Shown here: positions 1-14,549 of the stretch, piece by piece
How the letters are laid out: every line of letters starts with the position of its first letter
How positions within the stretch are numbered: position 1 is the stretch's first letter
Origin: Enoplolaimus lenunculus
Taxonomy: Eukaryota
Direction: 5' to 3'
NCBI GenBank assembly: GCA_030248215.1
Contig: JASANG010003525.1
Coordinates: forward strand, 62,001-126,000
DNA length: 64,000 nucleotides
The notes under the pieces: model-generated
Told to the model about the DNA's origin: nothing
Seen by the model: only the letters and a program-made list of their open reading frames with translations
Databases searched by the model: none
Made by a program: the position numbers and the translations under genes

Positions 1-2274
1 TTGCAGTGTATATTCGTTGCTGAAATAGTATGTCGTAGGATCTTGCTCCTTGAAGTTTCATAAGCGTAAAAGTCAACCATGTGCTGAATTAAAAATCGTT
101 AACGGAAACGAAAAACGCATATTATCACAATCAACCTAAAAGGTTGATTGTTTTTGCCAAAACAATTAATGGGCGCAAATATTCACCGAGCTAGTATGCT
201 GTAAATTTCAGTGAGTTGATTTTAACTCTGAATGAGTTGAATCGCTCAGCCTGAGTTAGGACTATAAGAACACAGAATTTTGAGTTGATTTAATTCATTC
301 TGTGTTAATTAATCAACTCACCCAGAGTCAACTCAACTCAGAGTGAGAAACAACTCAACTCAGAGTGAGTTAATGTTTACTGATATCAACTCAGAAATAA
401 CTAGTCAACTCAACTCAGAGTGAGAAACAACGCAACTCAGAGTGAGTTAATGTTTACTGATATCAACTCAGAAATAACTAACTCGCTAGCTGAAATGATT
501 AATCAACTCAATGGAATTAACAGTGACAAATCAAAACAAGGATACGACTAAATTTATAAACATATTGCAACAAATTTGCCGTTTCAAATCGAGCATGTGA
601 AACATAAAATGCGTCTAAAAATTTGTAAAAATAATGGAATTTTAGGTCTTTCCATGACATTAAATGCATACAGATTTTTACCGAAAACGAAATAGGACAT
701 CGGGTGTCATCTTGGCTAAAATGGCCTTTAGCGTATTAAAATCACCAATTTGCATTTATGAAACAGAAGTACACGTATGAGCATCAGCTGTGGTTTCAAT
801 AAAGGGCCAACGTTTAGAACATTTCCGTAGCGGTAGTATAAGCATATTCATAAGTCTAAGCGCCAAAGCGTAAGAATGAGCTAATACCTAAGCCTAAGAC
901 TAAGCAAAAAATTAGTCGTGGCCCAATATTACATAATTCTAATTTCAATCTAAAATGTCTTACTTCCGCGTTTAGTTCTAGATTTGGTGTTGTTCGTTGC
1001 CGGGGAAACATTCTAGAATGTATTAAATCTGCATACATAAAAGTGTAAAACTCTACAAGTTTTTCATATATGTATATATACCCGAATAAGAGGGGGCAAT
1101 AAGAGGGCGATCCCCATTATGAGTCTCAATCAATAAGGGGCCGTATCCCTAACAAAATTCCGTAAGTGGATAGAGTCTCTAACCCTAAGAGTCTATAAAT
1201 GTCAGTTATCCCTAGTTGTAGTACATAAAAGACTCCAGGAACCAATAGAGTTGAGCTCGAAACTTTAAAGCATACTTATTTCTGGAAAGTACATTTCTAA
1301 GCATATATAACCTTGCATTATCACTCAAATTTTTGATACAAAACAAATAAGTGTTTAATTCAACGGATAGTTGCAATACCGGATATATATCTGCAACAAA
1401 AGGGCGGCGGAGGGCCGGTTGAAAATAAATAAGCCTCCGGAACCGAATAGCAGGGGGCCGTCCTCTGGAGAGGCCAAATAAAATCAGTCAACCCTGTTAC
1501 TCGGGTCACAACAGTATATATGATATGAAATTTTCCCGAAAACTTTTTGTTGTGATTACAAAATGATGTTTCAACCACACCGTTAATACAAGGCATTTAT
1601 GAAAGCTTTTATACCTGATTAATTTCCAAATCAAATCCTGAGCACAAACCGACGAGCATACCGATTATCATAATCAATAGAGGTATTTTAGTATGGCAGT
1701 GACACATTTTGATACTAGCAATTAAATAGCAAATCATTCATTTGGCCAAATTTTCTGACGGCAGCAACCTGTAAGTGTGATATTTCAGGTCCAAACTACA
1801 TTTTTCGATATATTAATTTATTATCCTGAAAGCTTAAATATAATTGCAAAGAATGACAAATTGTGAAAATAGAAGTTTATTTTATTATCGGTATTTTTTT
1901 CAAGCGGCTGTGGTACATTTATTTGTAGTTAGCGATAAATGGTAACCGTTTACATGCATTATATATGAGCAAACGAATTGTAAACTGTGTTTACCGGATA
2001 TATGTCATTAACCAAGAGCGGGTAATAATAAATAACAGTCCGTAAATTGAATAACAGGGTGCACCTTCTAGAGAGAAAAAAATAAATATCGGTCCCCCCA
2101 CTTGTTCGGGACACTACAGTGCACATAAGACAAACATTTTCAGATATAGATTAAAATTTTATTTAAAATTTAAACCTACTGAGATTTCCTACCAGGAAAA
2201 TAAGTTCGCCACAGGTCACATCCTGAACACAAAGTGCAAATCCATACCGAAATTTAACCGCGAATCTAAGCTTA

Positions 2275-2476
2275 CACTGCAAAAGACGGTGAGTCAAATT
2301 GACTCTCTCGGAAATAGGCTTTCCCTGACTAAACAAACTGAGTCAAAATTCGACTCCACCTGAGTCAAAATCGACTCAATTTGACTCTGGCGGAGTCGAA
2401 TTTTGACTCAGTTTGTGTAGTCAGGAAAACAGCCTATTTCGGAGAGAGTCAATTTGACTCACCATTTTTTGCAGTG
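2275..2476. mobile_element. Palindromic CACTG-ended MITE family A (CACTA/EnSpm-like); other copies 4999-5207, ~9092-9314, 14929-15148, 20469-20895 (tandem), 21789-22012, 30013-30190, 55170-55399
   Basis: Long TIRs cactgcaaaaaatggtgagtcaaattgactctctccgaaataggc; 2-bp TSDs (TA, TG). Confidence 0.85.
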
Positions 2477-4201
2477 TAATCATTTTAACGTACCCTAAGC
2501 CTAACTGAAATTCGTGAAAAAAGAAGCCTACAACTGTGTTCAAGATCTGCTGTATAAAATGGGCGGCCTATGTAATGATCAGTAGCCGAACGTTTTTCTG
2601 TGGGACTGCAATAAGTAAAGTAACCTTAAGCTTGCTTGGCTTAGGCTTAGGCTTTACGCTTAAAAATATGCTTTAATACTGTTTTGCCTCAGTTGTTTAC
2701 ATTGGCCAAATGTGCTAAAACTTTTACTCGAAACAACACCACCGGTGATAGAAAAAATATTTACGCTTAAGAAAAAAATTGATTCCAAAAAACATTATTG
2801 ACAAATATAAACATAGTGTATCTGAGAGCTTTTAGAAAAATCTGTGAAATTTAATAACAGAAAAAATTCGCTTATGAAAAGATTTGTTTTGATTTTCAAA
2901 CAGAAAAATTAATTTTACATCTGGAATTGTGCCCAAAAGCCGGCTTAAAGTTGTTTCAAAAATTTAATATTTCGCTGCAACTTTTGAAGAAACTGCACTT
3001 TGATCAGAAAAATATTATAAAATTCGAATTATATATATGTATATATACACTCAGCGGTTTTGTGGTTTTCCCACCCGCTACAGAAAAAATTTTATTAACC
3101 TTTCGAAAGACTGTTGGGGTTACCTGTGCGATGCAAATTTGGTTTAAAAAATATTGGCAAAGAAGCAGACAGTAAGTTGTTTGACGCAACACCCTAAGCA
3201 GTTATATAGTCGTACTCAGATGGGACGTGGCCTACAAACCAAAATACTTAGCACTTATTTTAGTAACTTTAGCTGGTATCATTACAATTTTACTATTATC
3301 TTAGTCTCCAACCAACTTCTAAGCTTTAAGTTTATATGTCGGTAAATGTAGGTACGAGGATTTTTAAGGGGCCACTTTTCTTCGTTTCCCAACAGTTGGC
3401 TTTTGTATTTCATATGAGCACATGCGACATTTAGGCTTTAAGGTCTCATAATACCTACAAATAAACAATTTAATCGCTATGTTTTAACAATTTTAATTGC
3501 AGTTTTTAAATATCAGATGTGCAAACTTTAGTTTCTGATTTTAACCGCACTCTCGCCGCATGCCTACACTCTGGCCCGCGCTCTTTTAAACGGTAATAAA
3601 ATCGCTGAACATTTTGTTAAATGCAAACCAACCCGGAAAACATTTATTTACCTGTATTATCCAAAAGTATGCTAAAAATCAAAGAATGTAGGGTTACAAC
3701 AATAACCCCATATTCGCGCCCGTAGCCAGCTCACCTTGCTAAAGGGGGGGGGGGCTAAAAAATTTTCAGGAGGGGCATTCAAGGGTTTTTAATGACTTGC
3801 AAGCAAGGTTGAAAATTTTCTAAACGGCCAAAAGTTTTCCAGGGGGAAGCTGAGCCTCCCTGACCCCCTTCTGGGCTACGGGTTTGCCCATAATTTTCAG
3901 AGTGGTATGAGCTTTTAAAGGGGCACACTGTTGTACGAAGTTCACAATGGTTTAAAGAGCAATAAACAATGATTGCTTTTGACAGGTGCGGATCGGTATT
4001 TTCGGGGGGCTGGTTCAAAATCTTTTAGGCTACAACTCGCATATTGCATTCGCGCAGAATGTTTGTCTTGGTTCAAACAGGGTCGTCAACATAAATGTGG
4101 AGCCCATGTAAAGATCAGTGCTGGAACGTTTTTCTGCGGGACTGGGACAGAGAAAGCATACGCTTTGCAGTATTAATTTTTTGCTTAGGATTAGGCTTAA
4201 C

Positions 4202-4390
4202 GGCCCATGCTACTTTAAGGGGGTCCAGGTTTCTGGCGGGTCTATAAAAGAGTGGGATTAGATTCTAGATTACATTCTTTGCTTAGGCTTAGGCTTAGGC
4301 TTAGGAACTCATTTTTACAACGCTTAGGCTTAGGCTTAGGCTCAGGAATACGCTTAATCTACTGTTACGCCCCTCAAAGTAACATTGGCC
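4202..4390. mobile_element. GGCC-ended (TTAGGC)n MITE (Merlin-like), nested in a related copy
   Basis: TIR ggcccatg...cattggcc; perfect 8-bp TSD ggcttaac; host copy spans ~4100-4440. Confidence 0.85.
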
Positions 4391-7300
4391 GGCTTAACTA
4401 TAGGTTCATTCTAACGCGTAGGTTTAGGCTAAAAACAGGCAATCGAAGCTTTTTATAGCCACATCTTGGAAATACAGTTCCTTTTAATTGGTGTAGAATT
4501 TACTTGCGATGATGAAGACTTTGTTTTGAAAATCGTAGTCAGCATTTTTAGTCACGATGTTATCCAAAAGCTTTTTAGCGAACGGGTATAGCGGCCGAGA
4601 TAACTGTTCGCCTGTACGGTCCAGGCAGACAATTTAAAGAAGTAAGTAAAAATGTTATTTTATTTTTATCGTTTCTCGAAAAATTTCTGTAAGGATATAT
4701 GTTAATATTCGCGTTCTTTGAATACGAATTATGTTTGTGTATCTCATAATTTTTGGTAATTCAATTTCAAGAGTGTCGTGTAAACAAAAAATAACTCGAG
4801 ATTACTGCTTATATTTTCAAATGTTAGTGCCACAAGTAGGTACCACCATCAGCACTCAACCAATGGTAAGATTCATCATTTTGCTCATCACTTGCGCTTG
4901 ATTCGCCTTTCGCAGGGTGCAACCGGATATCCGTTTCCGTTTCTGGTAAATTTTCCCTTTTGTTACCAAAAAATACCTGCAATTTCGTTATTTTTATGCA
5001 CTGCAAAAAATAATGAGTCAAATTGACTCTCTCCGAAATAGGCTCTACGGGACTACACAAACTGAGTCAAATTTGACTCCGACAGAGTCAAATTCTGCTG
5101 ACTGGGTTGCACGTTTGACTCTGGCGGAGTCGAATTTGACTCAGTTTGTGTAGTCCCGTTGAGCCTATTTCGGAGAGAGTCAATTTGACTCACTATTTTT
5201 TGCCGTGTGCTAAATCTCGTATAAAATTGCACAATTTTTCATTACAGATACACTGCAATTATTGAAAATTTAAAAATTTCCGCGCATCAGCCGTTTTTCT
5301 TCAAAATCTATCATATATCAACGGCTTCAGGCACAAACCCGAAAATAAAATCATTTTCAACCTTTCTTCGCCAATATTTAACACTAAAAGATATTGGCAA
5401 TAATATACACATTCAATTGGATGGAAGATAAACAAATCAAAGACTTTACCGTTTGCCTTTATGTAGGAACCAGAACAAACGGAATATCAATGCCAACAAC
5501 AACAACATAAAATGCAGTAGACTGCAGTGAAATTGCAAACGGTTTTAGATGGCTGTTCGCTCGTTTGCTTATCATTTGCATACTGAATGTCACATCTGAC
5601 CTGGAAATTGTAGGAAATCAAAAAAACCACGAAGTATATAGGCTCTATAAGCAAGCACAATAATGAAGTTTTGCAGGTATTTTCAAACGTAATTGAATTG
5701 ATTTTCACAATACGAATATTTTCGGAAAAAGACAAAAATCATGTATATTAAACCTTAACATGCCTATGAAATTTAACCTGGAAACTTTTATATTATCATG
5801 CTTATGTTCCATTATATATGTATACATTATATATGTATATATATGTAGTTATATTGCTGTTTATACGCTTTGCAAGAATGAACCGACATTTCCATAGTGC
5901 TACAGGGCCATAGACTTATTTTCAATTGCGTAGCTGCTGCACAAGTTGTACTACTCGTTTGAACTTTAATCTGAACAAATTTCTATCCCTAAAGAACGGT
6001 GTTATATTTTTTACTATTTTAATGCCGTCTGTTGTTTGTCCGGTACCGGGTAAACAAAGTCGGATTTCGTCACCAGTACAAAATTCGTTTATAAAGTTGG
6101 TTTGCGGTGCAGTGCGGCAGCGAACAGCATCGTATACGCCCTGCACCTCAAACCAACGTATCAAACATTCAACTTCCGCTGCCATCCGGATCCGACGTTC
6201 GTTTTAGTTTAGGTTTCAGTGTTAGGCTTAGGCTGTAAGCTTGTAGATTTTGAACAAAGCCAAATACATAACTTAACTCAAGATGATTTTCTGCCTTACG
6301 TTGTTAGTGTTCATCTATATTGTTCATAAAGTACGGATAAACTGATGTAGTAAATCAACTCATTGTGTTTTAAGATTAGCTTCTTGTATTAACCAAAGTT
6401 TTAGCTTAAGAATCGTGTAGTCACTTCAGAATAAACAAATCCGCTTTAATCCAGACGGAAAGTGGTATTTTAAAATCTTTCCTTGGCTTTCGAGATCCTA
6501 AACTTCAAACGCAATGATTAATGTTCAAAAGTATATCCCTACAAACTGTAGACAATGTAAAGATGAGGAGCGAAATGTTTTTTATGGGCCTGGAATCGAA
6601 TAAGCCTCAGCTTTAGACTAATTCATTTTGCTTAGGCTTAGGCTTAGGCTTAGGCTTAGGTATATGCTCGTTCTTGCGCCTAGGTTTAGGTTTAGGAATA
6701 TGCTTCTACTATTGTTACGGCCCTGTTCTATACTTTGACCGAAATGGTTCACCGCGATTGTAGGCCTTAGGTTTGATAAGTTACCTAACAAGCTGTTATG
6801 ACTTTCTAAACATAAGGTTCTAGTTCTTTCTCCACATTTATAGCTAACTATGTTTGTGTAATCATGCGGAATTTTCTTATGTTTTGGCAAAAGTTTTGAA
6901 CAATAAATATGTTTTGAAGAAACTATGTTACAAATGTAAGGTACTACATTAGGTTTTTCACAAAGGCAGAGGACTCTCTGCATATTTGCAGACGTGTATA
7001 TATGTCACCAGTTGACGAAATGTTTCGTAAACCAGCAATTCGAGGCAACAGAAAGCCAAAACAATTGCTCAGAAATTTATGCTCAATGCGATAAATGTTG
7101 TGCTAAATTTCAGCCAATGTAAACAATAGGCGCCGAACAGTATTGTAAGCATATTCCTATGCCAAAGCTTAATCCTAAAAGCCTAAGCCTAAAAGCCTAA
7201 GCCTAAGCGAAACAATGAGCATATTTCTAAGCCTAAGCGTAAGCGTAAGAATGAGCATATATCTAAGCCTAAGCCTAAGCGTAAGAATAAGCGTAGTTCT

Positions 7301-9712
7301 AAGCCTGAGCCTAAGTGTAAGCGTAAAAATGAACGTATTCCTATGATTGGCTATAGATGTGTTTGAAGTATTTATCAGATTCGTCAACATTTTGCAAAAG
7401 GTGATGCAAAAATTTTATAAAATTAATTCCTCGAAATCTACCAAAACCCCACTGTTTTGACTTCCCCGGGTTGTTTCAAGCTACAATTGACGCGAAATAC
7501 GGTCATGCCGGTAGCCATTGCAAATCCAGTGATTTAAAAAAATATTCCAATTTAACAATGCGGATTTGTCTAATGATACCAGAACGGTTTTGTTATTAAT
7601 CAGTTGGACAATGTTACTCTGAGGACTGGTCCGCTGTCTCAAGAACATCAAAAGTGAATGAGGTCACTCTTAATACGCGTGTACAGAATTAGTTGATACT
7701 TCCATGTTGTGAAGTTAGTTTGATTAATGCATTTGTTATTTACCATATCTCTTCACGCGACATTTTGCCAATCGTAAAGTAAGAAACTTAATACTGTGCT
7801 ACGTTCGGATTCTGGCTAATTTGTGCTATGAGACAATTTTTTTCTGGCACCGTGGTACCGTATGACCCCCTGCATCTTCTGGTGTCTGCCCCGGCGCCGG
7901 AGCCGAGGCCCGGCTTCGGGACATCCCCAATATGTATTTATATATTATATATAGATACAAACCCATAAGTAGGCAGAAGTGTTTTGAGCGTTGCTTTGCA
8001 TGCAGCTGCCTTCCTACTCGTCGTTGTCCCAGAACCACGATGCGTCCTTCAGCAAAACCATGGGTCAACTTGTATATATGCTTTACCTAAGCTTAACACA
8101 ACGAATTTTGGTTATCCCGTTGTAGCATTTTTATAAAAACAATATATTATCCTATTTTTTTAAAAAACAGATATTTATTTGACATTTTATCAATCTTATA
8201 ACCAAACAAGTCCGATTTTTTAAGTTTGTATTTAAATTTTACAGAATATTTTTTCCAAAAATTGTGGTTCAAAATCTTCAGGCGTTTTACGTTTTTTTGT
8301 ATTAATGTCTCAATTTCGTTCAATTTTAATAGTTATTTTCGACGCGCAAATAACTGTTTATTAAGGTTTCTGCCGCATTTTATGTGTTTGTTTTATAACA
8401 CAGGCTTATTCTGTGGAAATATGTTTACCAAAATGTGTCTAATATTAAATTTCACACTTCTGCCTCCCCGTAGAGCACTGCATTGCTAATAATTGTGCTC
8501 TTAGTGTTCAACTTATTCTGGCAAGGATTTTTTTATGCAAATAAAATTCAGAAACCAGGGGCGGATTCAGAAATTTCTGACCGAGCGGAGCGGGCTGGCA
8601 AAGCTTATGAAACACAATTTTTACTTTATGCTATATATGCTAATTTTTACGGGTGGAAGGAATAAGTTGCTAGTTAGTATCGTTCCCATTTTAAAAATTT
8701 TCTGATGAGGAGAGGGGGCGAGACGAACGTGCCCCCTTATCTCAAGGTATACGTTTATGGACGGTGATATTGCCGTCTGTATCTGCAATAGTTTGTAGGC
8801 ATCTATATTTTGAGCGATCTTACCGACACCTGGTGACACCAAAGCTGCACTGAAAGATATATACGAAGTGCAACCAGTAAATATCATTAATATAACAGTT
8901 TTGAGGTGTTTTTAAATTTTGATGAATATTTTTATGGGCAAAACTCGGAAAATGATTGCAAAAACGTGCCGGTTTGCCTAAATTTCAACTTTTAAACTTT
9001 CGAGAACATTTTCTTGAAAAAAACAAATATTCTGTTTTTGCAAACTTCTTAAGAATCTGTAGGTTTTAACTGTATGTTAACGAAAGAGCATCAGTGCAAA
9101 AAATAGTGAGTCAAATTGACCCTTACCGAAATAGGCTTTTCCTGACTACACAAACTGAGACAAATTCGACTACGCCAAAGTCAAATTCGACACACTGAGC
9201 GATTCAGTGAATCAAATTTGACTCTGGCGGAGTCGAATTTTGTATCAGTTTGTGTAGTAGTCAGGAAAAGCCTATTTTGGTAAGGGTCAAGTTGACTCAC
9301 CATTTTTTGCAGAGCATTTGAGAGCGAGTTTAGTTGCCTCAATGGAAATTCAGCAATTCGAAACGTTTATGTTTGGATTTGGACTCAGATAGTCAGCCAA
9401 CGACAAGGTATTTGACCGTTTTGAATATCATACCTTTGAGTACAGTTACATAACTTTAAGCCAATTGTTTCATTACTGTCAGCATTATGTTTTGAATTTG
9501 ACAATGTTTATTATAATGGAAAAGTTGTTTTTGTGAAATATTTTACTTTTCAAAATCTCAAAAGTCATCAATTGTTCAACTCATTAAATGCTAAAACTTT
9601 TAAAAAACGTTTCGTATCATTTAAAGGCATTTTGTTGGAATTAAGCGTGTGAACACGAAGTGAATGAGCTTATTTCATCAACTTCTACGCGATCTATTTG
9701 AGCAATAGTGGT

Positions 9713-10022
9713 TGATCCCTAAACAAGAGTATGCAAAACGCCTTGTTTGGCATGGAACTAAATCTACCAGCACTCGTTGCGTTTCGGTCCTACACCCACC
9801 CTCATTTTGGGGGAGTCAATTTTACATTCATTACATGTGTATCCGCCAGCCAACACCGAAAATACAGTCGAACCGCTTTTCAGTATATGAAAACAGCACA
9901 TAATTTCAGCATCTGACACCCCCCTAAAATAAGGGGGGTAAGCCAAAAATGCAACGCGCGCTGGGTACACTTTTTTCTACATAGAATGTACCCAGTTGCA
10001 TACTCTTGTTATAAAGGGTATC
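9713..10022. mobile_element. TIR element
   Basis: aacaagagtatgcaa ... ttgcatactcttgtt inverted repeat; related fragment at ~32497-32750. Confidence 0.6.
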
Positions 10023-12925
10023 ATTCACTCTTGATTTGAGTTATTGGAACTTTCAAATTTTGAAATGAAATATTAATCAGTTTACTGCTATCCTTTCTAC
10101 GGTTAAAATACCTGAACAGCCAGTTATTACCATTCAAGAGAAAGCACATGTTACTTTTAGGACCGCCTCGGTTTCTGGTTTAACTGTAACTCAGTAGGCT
10201 TACATTTTAGATAACATTTTTTCTGAGACTTAGACTTAGATTTAGGTTTACACGTTTTAAGGCTTGCGCTATTAGACTATTTTTACTTAGGCTTAGGCTT
10301 AAGTTTAAGCTCGTTCTTACGCTTAGGCTTTAGACTTCGGCATTGGCTTAGGAAAATGCTTATGCTACTGTTGACGGCCGTGTTCTATACATTCCGTAAA
10401 TGAAGAGATGATGGACTTATCTGGAGAACATGGTTATATACTCTTTATCACCCCATATTTGGGATTGAACCCACCCTTTGTCATTACCCACGCTTAAACG
10501 TCATGAACACTTGAAATCGCGTTTGGAGTAACTTTATTTGTTACCGCAATATAGGATGAAAAACTATTAAGCTCATGGCCAATGTATAGAACAGGGCCGG
10601 AACAGTAGCACAAACATATTCTTCAGCCTAAACCTACGCGCAAGGAATAGTCTATTCCTAAACCTAAACCTAATCAAAAAAGTTAGTCTAAAGCTTAAGT
10701 TGACTCTATTATGGGCCAAGCTCATTATATATTTTAGCATGAAAATTTTAAAGCCCATTTTATGGCCCTACATATAATGTCAATTGTAAACTTGCCTTGA
10801 GCATAATATGACATTTGATACAAAGGCTATGTGATTAGATTTGCAAATGCTGACATGATATTAATTAAGTTTTCGTGTTTTCAATACGATTGCTATGGTT
10901 TAGCTTAATCAGGAGAAGTGTGCTTTTTTCCTTGATTTTCATTAACTTTGAAGACATAGCGGTCGTGTTGCATGTTTGCAAAAATTGTGACGCAAACTCT
11001 CATGAAATATTGCAAAAATGCATTTCTAAGAATTGTTTTCAGGTTTAGGGTTTGTGTAAATTTCAACAGCAACATACGTATTCCAAGTAGCTTTTAATAG
11101 CGTGCAGTACGTAACACTTGTAATACTACGAACTATTTAATCCAGAGGTGTGTGGGTAAAAAATGTTTACTTGCACTGTAAATATATTTCGATTTAACTG
11201 CAAATTCCAGGATAGTAATACTTATTTTTCACTCATACGGTGAAAACCGTTTACAAATACAAGTTTTTTTACAATATCTGGTTTCAAGTTTTTATCAAAC
11301 TTTTAGGTAAGGATTAACAAAATTTTACCTGCATTTTAAAATTTTTACCCGCGGACATACCCATATCAAAATTTTATAATCCGGTCAGCGTGTACACGCG
11401 GGCACCAGCGGGTAGCGTACAGCTTTGTTGCGATTTACGATCAGCACTCCGGTGAATGCCTTTAAGATTTGTGGCTGCCAAACAAGCACTACTCTTACTG
11501 TAATAAACAGTGACCCGAATAAGAGGGATCTCCATTTTGAGTCCCAATCAAAAGAAGCCGTATCCCTAATAAGATTCCGTAATCGGGTAGAGTCTCTAAA
11601 TCCTAATTAGAGTATATGAACGTCAACGATCCAAATTGTAGTGCATAAACGACTCCAGAACCAAATAAAGTTGAGTTCGGAACTTTAAAGCATACTTAAG
11701 TTTAATACGTACATTTCGAAATATAACCTTGCGTTATCGCTCAAAGTGTTGATACAAGACAAATAAGCGTTCAATTCAACGGATAGTTGCTGTACCGGCT
11801 ATATCAGTAACGAAGGGTGGCGGAGACCGGGTTAAAAATAAATAACAGTCTCCGTAACCAAATACCAATGGGATATTCCTGAAGACACCAATAAATATTA
11901 TTCCTTTCTCTTGTTCGGGTCACAACAGTATTTCTTAGAACTCGCGCGCTACGTCAAGTTCAATAAATTACTTAAGTTCGAGCCCCAAGGCAACGCGCCA
12001 TTTTAGAAGGAACACGCAAACGCCCGCCGAGAGCGATAAAGATAGAACGTTGCAGAATATTTTTGACCGATACTGAAATATCATCGCGTGAATATGAGAA
12101 GTTCCTTCGCAATGAGACCTTAACCCTTTCCTGCATGAATATTTTCTATTTGTTCTAAAACCTATTTTCCAGCTGTGATTTGAACGCCGACACGCATCAA
12201 GTGTTTTACTTGTTAAACTAACTTCCTAAACTAACTTGTAGGTTACGCTTAAACTCATTTGAAATTTAACATAATTTTTTAGCTTGAATCTAAATCTTAA
12301 TAAATACTAAAACTACATGATTCCTGAGCATCCCTTATTTTTAAACCAAAAATAAGTATAGCTTAATTCGAACTAAACATAAATATGGTTATGCGAGCAG
12401 CATTCATACAGACCTACACATTATTTACAAAGAAAATTTGTTCCAACTGCAATAGTGTTTTTACGTCAGTATCTGGGAAGAAGCAATATTAATCAAGAAT
12501 AATGCGACCGTCAAAACACCTGGTTTAGAAGTGGTCCAAATTAAAATTCGTACCCATTCGTTCACTTGTTTTTGACCTACTGCCGCACACTGAAGCTTCT
12601 AGACTTCAGCAAATTCGACATCGAAGCTTTTTACCTTCATCTACTTATGCGCTGAACGCTTTGACTTTCAAGTAGGCAGCAAATTCAAGCCAATACCTTA
12701 AGCTGTATGATTAACCAAATTTACGTCTTTGTGTCATTAATAAAAATTACGGCTAGACATCGATTATAATAACTTATTAATATTTATTTTGTATTATCAT
12801 TGATAATTACGACAAAAATCTAAAAAATACATAGCTATAATCTATTTTATGACAAATTCATCCGTTACACATGGCGAGAAATACCGAAATCCCTGTAGTG
12901 TTCTTATATACTTGATAAAAATTGT

Positions 12926-13123
12926 GGCCCTGGAGCGTCCAGGTTTCAGACGGGTCTGTAAAAGAGTATGTTTAGGTTTTAGATTACATTTTGCTCAGGC
13001 TTAGACTTAGACATAGGCTTAGGAACACATTTTTGCAACGCTTAAGCTTAGGCTTAGGATAACGCTTACAGGCGTAGGATTACGCTTAATTTACTGTTCC
13101 GCCCCTAAATGTAAACATTGGCC
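12926..13123. mobile_element. GGCC-ended (TTAGGC)n MITE
   Basis: Perfect 8-bp TSD aaaattgt. Confidence 0.85.
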
Positions 13124-14158
13124 AAAATTGTGCTAAAATTGATTATAATACAATCATTATCTTGCATCCTTGCGATAATCAGCAATATCCAAAGAACTTT
13201 TATGACAAATTTTCGGTCTGTTACATAATGTTGCGAACTTTCCTGAGATATATCATCAACTCTCGCCAACAATAACCATAATTTCAACTCAAAATCGCCC
13301 ATAAAGACCTGTTCTTGGTCATGTGAACGCTTTAATGTTCGTGCTTAACCAGAACGCGCGCGGTCACAAGTCCGTCATACACAAAGCAACAAAAGTTGCT
13401 TTATATATATAGAACCATGAAAAATACTATTGTTGTCTAATAATTACTTAGCTGCCGTATACAACGGCGTATTTTTTGTCGTTTTGATGTTGTTGTTTCT
13501 GGTCATATATATACGTGTGTGCCCTTCGTCTGTACTCATTAGGGTTTTTGTTTTTAGTTTTACCGAGCGAAAAAAATTGCTACATTTTGCCGCCGGGTTA
13601 ACCGTTTGTATTTTGTACGCGAACAATACAAAAATTATCGGTTCCTCCAGCGACTGTTCTGTTAATAGTTTCAGGAAGCTGCGACCTTATTTTGGTTTGC
13701 GCCAGCTAAAATTGGTTTCCGTCCGTTTTAAAACAAACCATTTGAGCCATCCGTGGAATTATGCCTGTTAAACCTGGATTTACACGCGTCGAGTTCAAGT
13801 GTCGGCATTTGTTTGTGCTATATATAATGCGTATATAATAATATTTTCGCACAAGAGGGTACCTTTATGATCGTGATGATCAAGCTTATATTAATTTCTT
13901 TCTGAAATTTCGACTGTATGTTTATCAATGGATATATAGCATAGGTGTTGTATAATTTTTCTATAACAGCCGGCTTACTTTTAAAATTGTATCAAAGTTA
14001 AAAACAAACTCACTCAACTCTATAAAAATTTGACACAGTTCATAATGAAATTGCTGGAACCTCTGGCAAAAATTAAATCGGAGCACGGATGTCAATTTTC
14101 TGCCGCAGCCGAAGGCAGTCCGCTCAAGTTGTTATGGAGGCAAAGCTGTGCTAGAAGG

Positions 14159-14549
14159 CATGGTGTAAACGGATGGTAAAAATAACGGAATCGGATAGGG
14201 ATCAAAATAACGGAAACGGAAAACGAATATTGAAGTTTAAAAGTTTCGAAGGTTTAGTTTTCTGGCAACGCAATTGAGACTGCAAATATTTACCGGGCTT
14301 TCTAAAATTTTAAAGCAAACTGGCAGATGCACCGAAATTTTTTTGACATTTTCGATGAATTTCATAATTTATATTTCATTTCAAACACTTGTTGTAGCAT
14401 ATCTGTAATTAAAAATGGCGAGATATATACGTTATTTATATAACTAATTTTGAGTGTAAACTAACCGAATTTCCGGTATTTCAATAAAGGAAATGGAAAC
14501 GAACACCGATTTTTACCGTAAGCGAAAACGGATATCCGGTTACACCATG
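14159..14549. mobile_element. hAT-like MITE (cagggtgcaaccgg family); related ends near 4913, 44140, 60582-61023, 61398, 62980
   Basis: TIR catggtgtaaacggat/atccggttacaccatg; perfect 8-bp TSD ctagaagg. Confidence 0.8.
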
